Shown piece after piece: positions 30,441 through 40,023 of a stretch of DNA of 64,000 nt. The stretch spans positions 64,001 to 128,000 of the forward strand of contig CAWALK010000011.1 in assembly GCA_963782915.1 (NCBI GenBank), written 5' to 3'. The DNA is from an uncultured archaeon (lineage in GTDB: Archaea > Thermoproteota > Bathyarchaeia > Bathyarchaeales > Bathycorpusculaceae). The notes beneath the pieces were generated by a model. It searched no databases. It saw only the letters and a program-made list of their open reading frames with translations, and was not told the DNA's origin. Numbering within the stretch: the stretch's first letter is position 1; the number at the start of each line of letters is the position of its first letter. The position numbers were made by a program, and so were the translations under genes.

Positions 30441-30760
30441 AGGGGTAGGTGCCTCTGAGGCAGGTAGGTCCCATAAACCCAAAAGGTGTAGCCGAACCGA
30501 TCTGTTTGCGGAAACCTCCACAACCGGCCTTCAACCGCTAAAACCCGCCGACGCCAAAACACAGCCGCCACTCAAGCCCGTTGGTAGTTGTTGTATATAG
30601 GGGCTTTTTGGCAATAACACACTAAAAAAACCGGAAAACCGCCAATTAATCCAGGAATATAAACGATCAGATTTGGGCAAAGCAACAGATTCCTGTGACT
30701 GTTTATGTGCAATCACAGAGGCTTATTACCGCTGCAACGTTGAACCTGCTAGGAATTTTT

Positions 30761-31072
30761 ATGATGAACGAAAACCTTCCTGACCCATTAAAGGCAGCAG
30801 GCAACGCCTACAAATTCGTTTCAGAAAACAATAGCGTACGATTGCTTAAGGTAACGCTTAAACCGGGCGAAAAAGCGGCAATGCACCATCACCCCGACCA
30901 CGTCATCTACGTTCTTAGCGGCGGCAAAGCCAAGTTAACGGATTTTCAGGGAAAAATCGACGTTTTAGAGCTTAAAACCGGCGACTCAATGTCTCTACCA
31001 GCCCAGTCTCATCAAACCGAAAACGTTGGAGATACGTTGCTGGATATTTTGGTGATTGAACAAAAGAAGTAG
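30761..31072 (+). CDS. Cupin-domain protein
   Basis: ENNSVRLLKVTLKPGE…HHHPDHVIYVLSGG…AQSHQTENVG. Confidence 0.85.
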   Translation: MMNENLPDPLKAAGNAYKFVSENNSVRLLKVTLKPGEKAAMHHHPDHVIYVLSGGKAKLTDFQGKIDVLELKTGDSMSLPAQSHQTENVGDTLLDILVIEQKK

Positions 31073-31101
31073 CCTAAAAAGGCACGTTAGCTTTCTATTT
31101 T

Positions 31102-31477
31102 GTGGAGTGTTTGTTTTTGTCAGCGGCTTTAGACCAGGAAACTGAGTGGAACTTTCGAGTTTTAGATAAACGCTTAGTTACCGTTAAAACTAAGAGTGAG
31201 GGCATACGGAAAATCGCTGTTTTAGACGTCTTAACCAACCTCATGTTCACGGTTCACGCGTCTGAAGCAGTGGATATGGCGCAGCTTGCACCGAACAGCG
31301 AGTACCTCTTTTCGCCTAAACGTCTACACATCAAAAAACATGAGTGACGTAAAAGAAGATTTTATCAGTTTCTTTGAAGCAGTGGACATAGATCAGGAGA
31401 CAGAGGATTTCATCAAAGCCTACTGGGTTTACCCTACCAAAATCCGTTTTGAACTCATCGAAGTAGAAGAAGCCTAA
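31102..31477 (+). CDS. Hypothetical protein (frameshift near 31310)
   Basis: Two overlapping ORFs join into one plausible ~120-aa OB-fold-like protein. Confidence 0.5.
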
Positions 31478-31479
31478 AC

Positions 31480-32386
31480 TTATCTTAGGACCATTTGAAC
31501 GAATTTTTCCGGATTAAACAGTTCCAAATCCTTGTAAGTCTGCCCAACACCGATGAATAAGATCGGTTTCTGAGTCACATAGGTAACGCTCAATGCTGAG
31601 CCGCCTTTTACGTCTGCATCTACTTTGGTGAGGATGGTTGCGTCTATGCCTACTGCTTTGTTGAATTCTTCGGCTTGCATTACTGCGTCGTTGCCGATGA
31701 GTGAATCCACAGTGAACACCGTCAAATCAGGTTTCACGACACGTTTGACTTTGATGAGTTCATTCATCAAGTTCTGGTTAGTTTGCATGCGTCCGGCGGT
31801 GTCGATTAAAACTATGTTGATGCCGTGTGCTTTAGCATGGTTAACTGCGTCGTACGCGACTGCTGCCGGGTCGCCGCCATAAGTGCTTTTGATGACTCGA
31901 ATACCCAAACGTTTGCCATGCTCTTCAAGCTGCTCGATTGAGCCTGCGCGGTAAGTGTCTGCGCCTGCCAAAATGACTGAGTAGCCTTTGTCCTGGAAGA
32001 ATCGGGCAACTTTGGCGATGGTGGTGGTTTTTCCTGTACCGTTGATACCCAACAAACATCAGTGAGAAGGGTTCTTTTTTCTTGCGTTTCTCATCTGCCT
32101 TCGCCAGCAGATCCACGCGTTCTTTAGTTAACATAACATCCAAGAGGACTTGGCGGAGGTTTTCGTCTACAATTTTTTTGCGGTCGTCCAAGCGTTTAAC
32201 TTGGATGCGGTCTAAGCGTTTTGTGAGGTCGTCGCAGATTTTGTCCGCAACGGGATAAGCCACATCGTTTTCTGCTAGACTCATTTTGAATTCGGATAAA
32301 ATCGGAGTTAAATTTTCAGCTTTAAGTTCGGTTGTTGTAACTTTACTAACTAAACCTTTGAAACCGGACTTTAGCTTCTCAAACAT
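31480..32386 (-). CDS. ftsY: SRP receptor FtsY (frameshift near 32053)
   Basis: MFEKLKSG N-domain, [34 protein letters not shown]. Confidence 0.95.
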
Positions 32387-32395
32387 CGCACTACT

Positions 32396-32833
32396 CTACT
32401 GTTTTCCTTGTCTTTCAGCCAGCATGGATTCTAGTCTGCCGCGGCCGCTGTTTATGCGTTCGGCGATTTGGTTGAATTGCTGCTGAGCGGAGTTCATGGT
32501 TTTTTCCAGTTCGTCGAGGCGTTCTTTGAGGGTTGCTTTGGCGTCCGGTAACGCTTTTTCGATGGAGACTCCTGAGCCCATGCCAACGATGATTTTGGTG
32601 GCGTCTGCGAGTTTTACTTTGACGTATGAGCTTCCGCCGATTGGAACTAGCATCTCTGTGTTTTCTTTTTCTTTCTCTATGCCGTCTAAGGTTGCGTTGG
32701 CGTATGTGATGTCTGTTATGGCTGCGTTGACCATTTGGATGCGTTGCTGTAGGGCTTCTGCGGTTTGTTCGAGGTAGCGCATTTCCATGCTGAGACGTCG
32801 AAGTTCTTCTTCAGCTTGGGCTCTTTGAGTCAA
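32396..32833 (-). CDS. pfdA: Prefoldin alpha subunit
   Basis: Coiled coils flanking EMLVPIGGSSYV…IIVGMGSGVSIEK; probable TTG start at 32833; synteny. Confidence 0.93.
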   Translation of the reverse strand: MTQRAQAEEELRRLSMEMRYLEQTAEALQQRIQMVNAAITDITYANATLDGIEKEKENTEMLVPIGGSSYVKVKLADATKIIVGMGSGVSIEKALPDAKATLKERLDELEKTMNSAQQQFNQIAERINSGRGRLESMLAERQGKQ

Positions 32834-32837
32834 ATTA

Positions 32838-33065
32838 CTATTCTCCGGTGAGTATTTTTTTAACGATTGGGTTTTCAACTTCGTCGACTGTTAACTCTTT
32901 TGTGCTGATGATTTTTATGTGGAAACGTTTCACGCGGTGTCTGCTGCCTATGTCGGCATAGATTCTTTCGATAGCGTGTTCTTTTTTGTCTGCTAGGACT
33001 TCTCGACTGAATGGAGTTGACAGTTCTGGCTTGTTGATTTGACCGGTTACTTTGAAAGCTTTCAT
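32838..33065 (-). CDS. rpl18a: 50S ribosomal protein L18Ae/LX
   Basis: AIERIYADIGSRHRVKR motif; located between eIF6 and pfdA. Confidence 0.92.
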   Translation of the reverse strand: MKAFKVTGQINKPELSTPFSREVLADKKEHAIERIYADIGSRHRVKRFHIKIISTKELTVDEVENPIVKKILTGE

Positions 33066-33748
33066 GGTATCTTTTCTTCCTGCACAACATCCAGTGCATT
33101 CCCAATTATAAACATCTCGGGTCCAGTTGTCATAGAACCAGCTACAGCCGAGTGACTATTAGCGATTAAGCCTGTGCCGACATAGGGTAAACCGCAGTTC
33201 ACAGTGCCCAGTTCAACGGGAACTTTGAAGACGCTTTCGAGGATTTTGCGTTCTTCGTCTTTTAGCATTGGATGCGCTAAGACGCCTTTGTTGGTTGCGC
33301 TGGCTAATGAACCGACATAGGGTAAGCCTGCGATTTCTGTTGGCACTACTTCTACGCCTAGGGTGTCTGAGATGAGTTTGATGTCTTCCGGTTTGAATCG
33401 TGGGTCAACTACGGCGCCTTTGTCGTTGGCTAAGACGAGGTTGCCGAAAGCGGTTTTTTTGGTTTCCATGATGGTGATGTTGCCTTTGAAAACGGCTTTG
33501 ATGTGTTCAATCTCTTCCATTCGGACTGCCTGTGAAACAACTAGTCCGTTAGAGTTTGCACAAACCAATGAACCAATCAGCACTGAACCGCTGATGGATG
33601 TGTGAATAAGTGGGACCTGAAGCCAATCAGCGTATTCTTTGGCTTTGTCATCTGGAACCATCTGTGGAATCATTACCATATGTTCAGTTGCCAATGAGTA
33701 TACGCCGATGCTTGGGCTTCCAACTATGCTGGATAAGTAAACTGTCAA
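33062..33748 (-). CDS. eif6: Translation initiation factor aIF-6
   Basis: IGVYS…SVLIGSLVCANSNG…GNLVLANDKG…GTVNCG…TTGPE. Confidence 0.95.
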   Translation of the reverse strand: MTVYLSSIVGSPSIGVYSLATEHMVMIPQMVPDDKAKEYADWLQVPLIHTSISGSVLIGSLVCANSNGLVVSQAVRMEEIEHIKAVFKGNITIMETKKTAFGNLVLANDKGAVVDPRFKPEDIKLISDTLGVEVVPTEIAGLPYVGSLASATNKGVLAHPMLKDEERKILESVFKVPVELGTVNCGLPYVGTGLIANSHSAVAGSMTTGPEMFIIGNALDVVQEEKIP

Positions 33749-33835
33749 GAATTATCGTCTCCTGATGCGATTAGCGAAGAGTGTCATGCATTCTGCCTAT
33801 TTTAGATTGTGGTTTGTTTAAGTTAAAAAAATTGC

Positions 33836-35109
33836 TTAGAAACCACTTTCTTTGGGCCCAACCGGTAAGGTAACGATGAATGCCGTGCCTTGCCCCACTT
33901 GGCTTTCAAAATGAACTGAGCCGTTTAGTGCTTCAGTGAGCCGTTTAACAACAGCTAAGCCCAATCCTTGCCCTTTTGCTTTGGTGGTGAATAAGGGTTG
34001 GAAGATTTGCGACTTCACATGCTCGGGTATACCTAAACCTGTGTCTTTAATGGAAATCGCTACTTTATTCTTGGCGGGGGCATTTGCAGTTATCGTTAGT
34101 TTGCCGCCTTGGGGCATTGCTTGCTGCGCATTAGATATGAGGTTAACTAGAACCCGTTTTAGGTATAGGGGATCAGCGTTGATTTTTGGCAGGTTATCGG
34201 CTACTTGTATGCTAACTGCAACGTTTTCTGGGATAACGGAGCTTGAGAGAGAATCATGAATGGAACCGGCTAGTTCTATAATCTGGGGTTTTGGCGTTAA
34301 GGGTTTTGTGTAATCCTGAAGGTCCGCTACTATTTTGTTGATGTAGAAAGTTTGCTCTTCTATAAGACCCAATGATTCCTTTACTTCGCCCTTGGCGGAA
34401 GAGTCTGGTAATGAATCAAGTTCTTGCTTGGCAAGATACAATTCGCTGACTATGGATTGGAGAGGGTTACGAATATCATGCCCAACCATGCTTGCCGTTT
34501 GACCAATAGCGGCTAAACGCTCTTTGTCTTGAAGCTGTTTGGTGCGTTCACGAATGGTTGATTCTAGGTTTTGAGTGTACTTTTTGAGGTCTTCTTCCAT
34601 GTGCTTGGATAAATCGGTGGTAACTATGAAAGTGGTTGTTGTATCGTCTGCTTTTATGGAGTTTGCAGATACATAAGCAGGAACTACATCGTGTCCTTTA
34701 CTTGGAATGCGATTTCTTTGGCGACTGCACCTTTCCCTGACCTGCATGCTGCCAAGAGTTTCCTAAAATCCTCCAAGTGTTCTTGGGCAACGACGGATTC
34801 GATATTGCTTCCAATCAGTTTATCGAGAGGAACCTGCACCATTTCAGCAAAGCCTCTGTTGCAGTACAGTATGCTGTTATCATCGCAAAGCATGACTGCG
34901 CCTTCACGCATTTCTTCGATAAGCAATCGGTAAGGGGTCTCGGCACCCGTTAAAGTATAGACTTTTGGGCCTTCAGGTGAAGAAACAACTAAGGCATCGA
35001 CTTCGCCCTGATGAATAGCCCGCAATGTTTCGTTAGCTTCTGCTAGTTGTTCACGTAGCGCTTGGTTTTCGGCTTTCAGAGCTTGGTCTTTTGAGTTTTC
35101 AGCTGTCAT
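33836..35109 (-). CDS. Kai-associated PAS histidine kinase (frameshift near 34695)
   Basis: N-terminus ETLRAIHQGEVDALVV…VYTLTGAETPYRLLIEEMREGA (PAS), then H-box MVGHDIRNPLQ and HATPase GQGLGL. Confidence 0.88.
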
Positions 35110-35113
35110 AAGT

Positions 35114-35467
35114 CTACTTCTTTTTAGCTTCTTTAGGAATGATATCTAACCCTACTAGGATACGATCTTTATTTGACATGTCACCGATGAATTTCCGCAA
35201 AGGTAGGGGAAGTTTTTTGATAAGAGTAGGTGCGGCAATTATCTGTTCGGTTTTAGCGTAATCCGGTTGCTGATAGATATCGATAACTTCGAGTTCACAA
35301 CGCCCCTTTAAGTTTTCTTCACATATTTTCCGTACGTTCTCTATAGCTTTAATTGATTTAGGGGTCATCCCGGTTACATACAAACGCAGAATATACTTTT
35401 CGTTACTCTCTTCTCGTAAGGCTTTCTCGAATTCCTCTGTTACATCAGCGATGTCTTTAGAGCTCAA
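35114..35467 (-). CDS. kaiB: KaiB-family protein (copy 4)
   Basis: YILRLYVTGMTPKS…LEVIDIYQQP…IIAAPTLIKKLPLPLRKFIGDMS. Confidence 0.92.
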   Translation of the reverse strand: MSSKDIADVTEEFEKALREESNEKYILRLYVTGMTPKSIKAIENVRKICEENLKGRCELEVIDIYQQPDYAKTEQIIAAPTLIKKLPLPLRKFIGDMSNKDRILVGLDIIPKEAKKK

Positions 35468-35487
35468 AGGTAGTTACACTCCAGTAA

Positions 35488-35812
35488 TTATTCGTCGTTA
35501 GTCTCCAATTTATGGGGAAGAATATCAAGCCCCACCAAAACCCGTTCAGTATTCGAAAGGTCCCCTATTATTTTTCTAATAGGCTCAGGCAGCTTACGCA
35601 CGAGTGTTGGAATAGCTAAAATTTGGTCACCCTGTGCTAACTTAGGATTCTTAACCAAATCAATAACTTCTATGCGACATCTGCCGTTCAGGTGTTCTTC
35701 GCAGATTTTTTTGAGGTTTGCGAATGCTGCTTGGGATTTAGGGGTTTGACCTGCAACATAGAGGCGTAAATTCCAAAATTCTTCTTATCTTGCTCTTGAC
35801 TTGGTCAGTCAT
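35488..35812 (-). CDS. kaiB: KaiB-family protein (copy 3; frameshift near 35785, absent from the ORF track)
   Basis: Hand translation: MTDQVKSK…[31 protein letters not shown]…[51 protein letters not shown]. Confidence 0.9.
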
Positions 35813-35829
35813 GAAGATATCACCTTTAC

Positions 35830-37573
35830 CTATGTTTTTTCTTCTCTTAAGCTTTTTTCATCCGCTTTTCGTGCCCGTGACATTTCTTGGCGATTTTCCG
35901 TTAGTGTCTTTTCTTTTTGTTTCTCTTGGAGGATTGCTTTCTTTATTTCGTCGGCTTTAGCTTCGAACTCTGCCTGTAGAGCGGCAATTTGGGATTCGGT
36001 TACTTTGCGTTTTCTCTCAAGTTCACGTTGAAGTCGTTCGGTTTCTTCTTTGCGGTTTTCTTCTTCGGCTTTCTCTTTTGATTCTTGGGCAAACCTTGCG
36101 GTACCAGTTAGCACTCCAGCGGGTCCAGTGTAAACGTTGACGATGTCTATGCCTTTACTGGTCAATAGGAACTCGCGGATTTGGTTCGAATGGGGCATAC
36201 CTCTTGATTTGAGGACATAGATGCCTCGGTTGCGTTCCCCTTGAATTTCTATATCGCGTAATAGTATCCATGTGTCCATGATTGAGGATACTTCCGCTTC
36301 AGTGCTTTCCAAGCCATGCAACATGTGTTAAATTGGTAAATACTGCAGTGATTTGTTTGCTCTTCAAATGGTCAATTAATCTTGTCAGCATAGAGCGGAC
36401 ATCGTCTGGTTCACCGATGCTAATCAAATTGCTTATTGGGTCAACGATAACAACGCTTGGCTTAAAATCATCGATATCCCGTTGCATAGTTACCAAATGT
36501 GTTTCAAGACCGTAGAGGCTTGCTCGTGCGGCGCGAATTTTTAGAAGCCCCTTTTCCACCCATTGCTTTAGGTTAATGCCTATGGACTGCATGTTTCTCA
36601 TGATTTGCTCGGGTGACTCTTCAAATGCGAAGATAAGGCAGCGTTCTCCGCGTTGGCATGTGGCGTTTGCAAAGGTAGCGGATATTGTACTCTTTCCTGT
36701 GCCGGCGGTTCCTGAAATCAGTATGCTGCTGCCACGGTAGAATCCTTTGCCGTCAAGCATTGCATCCAACCTTGGAATCCCTGTTGGAACCCTCTCGCTT
36801 GAAACTTGATAATCCAGATTCAGCGAGGTTATGGGCATTATGGAGATGCCTTTTTCGTCGATTATGAAGGGGTACTCATTTGTGCCATGCATTGAACCGC
36901 GGTATTTTACGACACGCAGGCGTCGTGTTGAGATTTGACCTGTTACTCTGTGGTCTAAGAGAATAACGCAGTCTGACACATATTCTTCTAAGCCGTAACG
37001 GGTTAATTCGTTGGTGCCCCGTTCAGCAGTTATTATTGCAGTTACACCTTTGTCTTTGAGCCATCGAAATAGCCTGCGTAACTCCGCACGCAGAATAGCT
37101 TGGTTACTTAATCCAGCGAAAAGTGATTCTATGGTATCCAAAACGACTCTTTTGGCGCCGATAGAATCAATCGCGTAGTTGAGGCGAATGAATAATCCTT
37201 CAAGGTCATATTCGCCTGTTTCCTCAATTTCATTGCGTTCAACACGGACAAAATCAATCAGTAGCTTCTTTTGTTCTATGAGTTGGTTAACATCAAAACC
37301 TAATGAGGCAACGTTTTTGGCTAATTCGTCAGGGGTTTCTTCAAAAGCCATGAAAACGCCTGGCTCGTTAAACATGGTTGCGCCACGTACAAGGAACTCC
37401 ATGGACATCAAGGTTTTGCCGCTTCCAGCGCCACCGGCAATCAAGGTTGGGCGTCCTTTGGGTAATCCCCCGAATGTTATGTCGTCTAATCCGCGGATTC
37501 CAGTGGGGGCTTTCGCCAGTTCTTTTAGAGTATTTCCTTGGCTTTTTGGCAAGTTAACATTCAACTCCATCAA
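35830..37573 (-). CDS. kaiC: Double-domain KaiC with C-terminal coiled-coil tail (frameshift near 36310)
   Basis: CI Walker A GGAGSGKT plus FEE; CII GTAGTGKS plus FEES; KYRGS and KSRG arginine fingers; phospho-site region EVSSIMDTW; long charged helical tail. Confidence 0.93.
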
Positions 37574-37658
37574 ACGAGCAAGCTATTAAACTTAAGAAAG
37601 CATTCACTAAAAAAGTTTTGTACATTACATAAAAGGCGTCAAAGCTTCTCATGAACAA

Positions 37659-37940
37659 TCACTTCAGACCAAGTTTCAATATAACATTTTGGGTGTTGGA
37701 TAAATCACCTATCAAAACCTTTGCGGGCAACGGATTTCTTCTGATGACAGTGGGAATGGAAACGATTTGGTTTTCTACTGCCAATTTGGGGTTTTTAAGT
37801 AAATCAGTTACTTGTATGGACCATTTATTCCTCAAGTATTTTTCACAAAGAGCCCTCAAGTTTTGGTAGGCAAATTCTGTTTTGGGGGTTCGACCGGCAA
37901 CGTATAGATCGAACTTCCAAACAACTGTTTGGTCTGCCAA
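37659..37940 (-). CDS. kaiB: KaiB-family protein (copy 2)
   Basis: FDLYVAGRTPKT…DLLKNPKLAVENQIVSIPTVIRRNPLPAKVLIGDLS. Confidence 0.88.
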   Translation of the reverse strand: MADQTVVWKFDLYVAGRTPKTEFAYQNLRALCEKYLRNKWSIQVTDLLKNPKLAVENQIVSIPTVIRRNPLPAKVLIGDLSNTQNVILKLGLK

Positions 37941-38047
37941 TCAAAGTCGCCGTTAGAATTATTCGATTGTTTAAGCAGATAAGACTTTGCATAAACCGCA
38001 GAAAGCAAGTGCTAATAGTAGAATAGAGAAATGGTTAACGGGATTTG

Positions 38048-38485
38048 TTATCGCGTTAAAAGTGGGTATAAACTTAAATTAGCCTCAAATTGAGCGGCGG
38101 TGAACTCTCTAAATTTTAAGCTTAAGCCTGTCAATGAGACGCTTTTCGCACCTTTATTAAACCCAGGAATCAGGGGAACGCTTGGAAAATCGAGTCTTGC
38201 AAGGACCACTTCAGTTTTTGAAAGGTCACCGATGACTACTCTTTTGGGAGAAGGCGACGTTTTTATCACCGTCGGGCAAGCAGTAATGTTATCGCTAAGG
38301 GCCAAACTAGGGTTTCTGCCTAAATCCATTACCTCAATACGGTATTGCCCACTTAAGCGTTCATCGCATACTTTCTTTAGATTTGAATAAGCTGTGAGAG
38401 CCCTTTGGCTTTCTCCGCAGACGTACAGCTTAAAAACCCATATACCGGTGATTAAACTGCCAGAAATTTCGGTGTTCTTAATCAT
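38048..38485 (-). CDS. kaiB: KaiB-family protein (copy 1, divergent, C-terminal extension)
   Basis: FKLYVCGESQRA…YRIEVMDLGRNPSLALSDNITACPTVIKTSPSPKRVVIGDLS. Confidence 0.85.
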   Translation of the reverse strand: MIKNTEISGSLITGIWVFKLYVCGESQRALTAYSNLKKVCDERLSGQYRIEVMDLGRNPSLALSDNITACPTVIKTSPSPKRVVIGDLSKTEVVLARLDFPSVPLIPGFNKGAKSVSLTGLSLKFREFTAAQFEANLSLYPLLTR

Positions 38486-38832
38486 TGTACGCCTTCTTTT
38501 CCTTACCGATAGGAGCTAGCGTCAGTATTTAGCTGATATCAGCATAGGGTATCTTTAGAATAATGCCTAATAAGAATTGTCTTTACAATGGCTAACTCGC
38601 CGCTGTGGGGCAATCGTACGGTTTCGGGCGGTTATTTTCGCGTAACCTAATGGAGGGAGATAGCAGCTGAAATGCCAGGTGGTTTATGGCTCTACTACAG
38701 CACATGAATTGCAGACAAAACTGCTACAAATGCATAGGCAAAACACAGCTACACCCAACAAACGCCCAACAAAAACAACCAACCCCCCACACATACAAAC
38801 AAACCCAACCCAAAAACCCACAAATGCTTTTC

Positions 38833-38909
38833 TATACATAGAGGAAGAGGGGTCCCTGTGCAGAGCAACAAAATCGCTGCCAAGCCACTCTTTACCGTTT
38901 AAAGCAGGG
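38833..38909 (+). repeat. Dispersed intergenic motif, copy 3
   Basis: TATACATAGAGGAAGAGGGGTCCCTGTGCAGAGCAACA…TTTAAAGCAGGG. Confidence 0.6.
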
Positions 38910-38979
38910 TTGAGCCGCCAATGACCATATCTCTAGATTACCCATTAATGGATGCTTCTGGCAGGTGAATTCCATAGTA

Positions 38980-39150
38980 AGCAATCCAACATACACCTAC
39001 AACTACAAACAACCAAACCAACATAGTTGTGGCAAAAAAACCTTGCCGCCCACAACCCAAATACGCAATAAAAAAGCCCCAAACCAAAAAAGCAACCCAA
39101 AACACAACCCAAACTTGTAGAAACCTACGCCACCCACAACCACACAAAGA
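38980..39150 (+). repeat. ~170-bp C/A-rich non-coding repeat, copy A
   Basis: Shares AAAAAGCCCCAAACCAAAAAAGCAACCCAAAACACAACCCAAACT and AGAAACCTACGCCACCCACAACCACACAAA with the reverse complement of 49805-49975. Confidence 0.8.
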
Positions 39151-39369
39151 GAAAAAGCATTTCGCCCTTAATAGAAAATCAAAAAATTAAACTGACCTGC
39201 TTGCGGCTTGCCCCACAACCAACAAGCAACCAAAACCAAACGCCAAACCCACAAACCATTGGTTATAGAAACGCAAAAGGGATTCAGGGCAACAACAACT
39301 ATAGAAAAGCAAAACAGCTAAGAATAAAGAATCAAAAAATTAAACTTAAAAAATGAAAAGAAAAGAATC

Positions 39370-39847
39370 TTACTGATTCTCAGCCAGAAAAACGGTAACG
39401 TTACCGTCTTTATCCTTTGTCACACGCGTCTTAATCCGGCGTGGAGGCTTTTCGATACCGCGAGCCCAAACCTTCTCGTTAATCTCTTTGCTGATGACGA
39501 GTTGGGGTAGCTCTTCTTCTTCCTCTTCTTCAGTGACTTTTATCTGAAGTTTCATGTGTTTGGTAACGAAGATTTTGATTAGCTGTATAGCACGTGGGGC
39601 ACGTTTTTTAGGTGGACGAACCAACGCTCGCGACAAGGGTATGGTGTAGAATCTTTCTTCGACGAATTCTTCTTCTTTCTTTTTGCGTTTAGGTTTTGCT
39701 TCTTCAACTTAGTGCTTCTGCTTCGACGGGGGTTTCTGCTGCGGCTGCTTCTGGTTGTTCAGCTATTTCTTGGGGTGCTTCTGCTAATTCTTCCACTTGT
39801 TCTTCTTGTTGTGGAGCTGTTTGTTGTTTAGTTGTTTCTTTGGGCAT
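39370..39847 (-). CDS. rpl31e: 50S ribosomal protein L31e with acidic N-terminal extension (frameshift near 39700)
   Basis: EERFYTIPL…KRAPRAIQLIK…INEKVWARGIEKPP; ATG at 39847 gives MPKETTKQQTAPQQEEQVEE…. Confidence 0.92.
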
Positions 39848-39860
39848 AGTTATTTTTCTC

Positions 39861-40019
39861 CTATGGCTTTATTTTACGTGTGCGCCAGTTGCGTCGCTGC
39901 TTAGGGTTAGCTCTAACTTTTCCGTCAGTTCGGGCAATTACCCAGGTGGGAACAGACTGTGATTCTCTGCCAGCTTTAGCTAACCGAAGCTTTTTCGCGG
40001 TTGGTTTTACTCTTGCCAT
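39861..40019 (-). CDS. rpl39e: 50S ribosomal protein L39e (52 aa, not in the ORF track)
   Basis: MARVKPTAKKLRLAKAGRESQSVPTWVIARTDGKVRANPKQRRNWRTRKIKP. Confidence 0.95.
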   Translation of the reverse strand: MARVKPTAKKLRLAKAGRESQSVPTWVIARTDGKVRANPKQRRNWRTRKIKP

Positions 40020-40023
40020 GTTC

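Noticed and set aside
38679-39300. ORFs in C/A- and G/T-rich tracts (also 49652-50031)
   Set aside because: They are stop-poor by composition, open in several frames at once and low-complexity.
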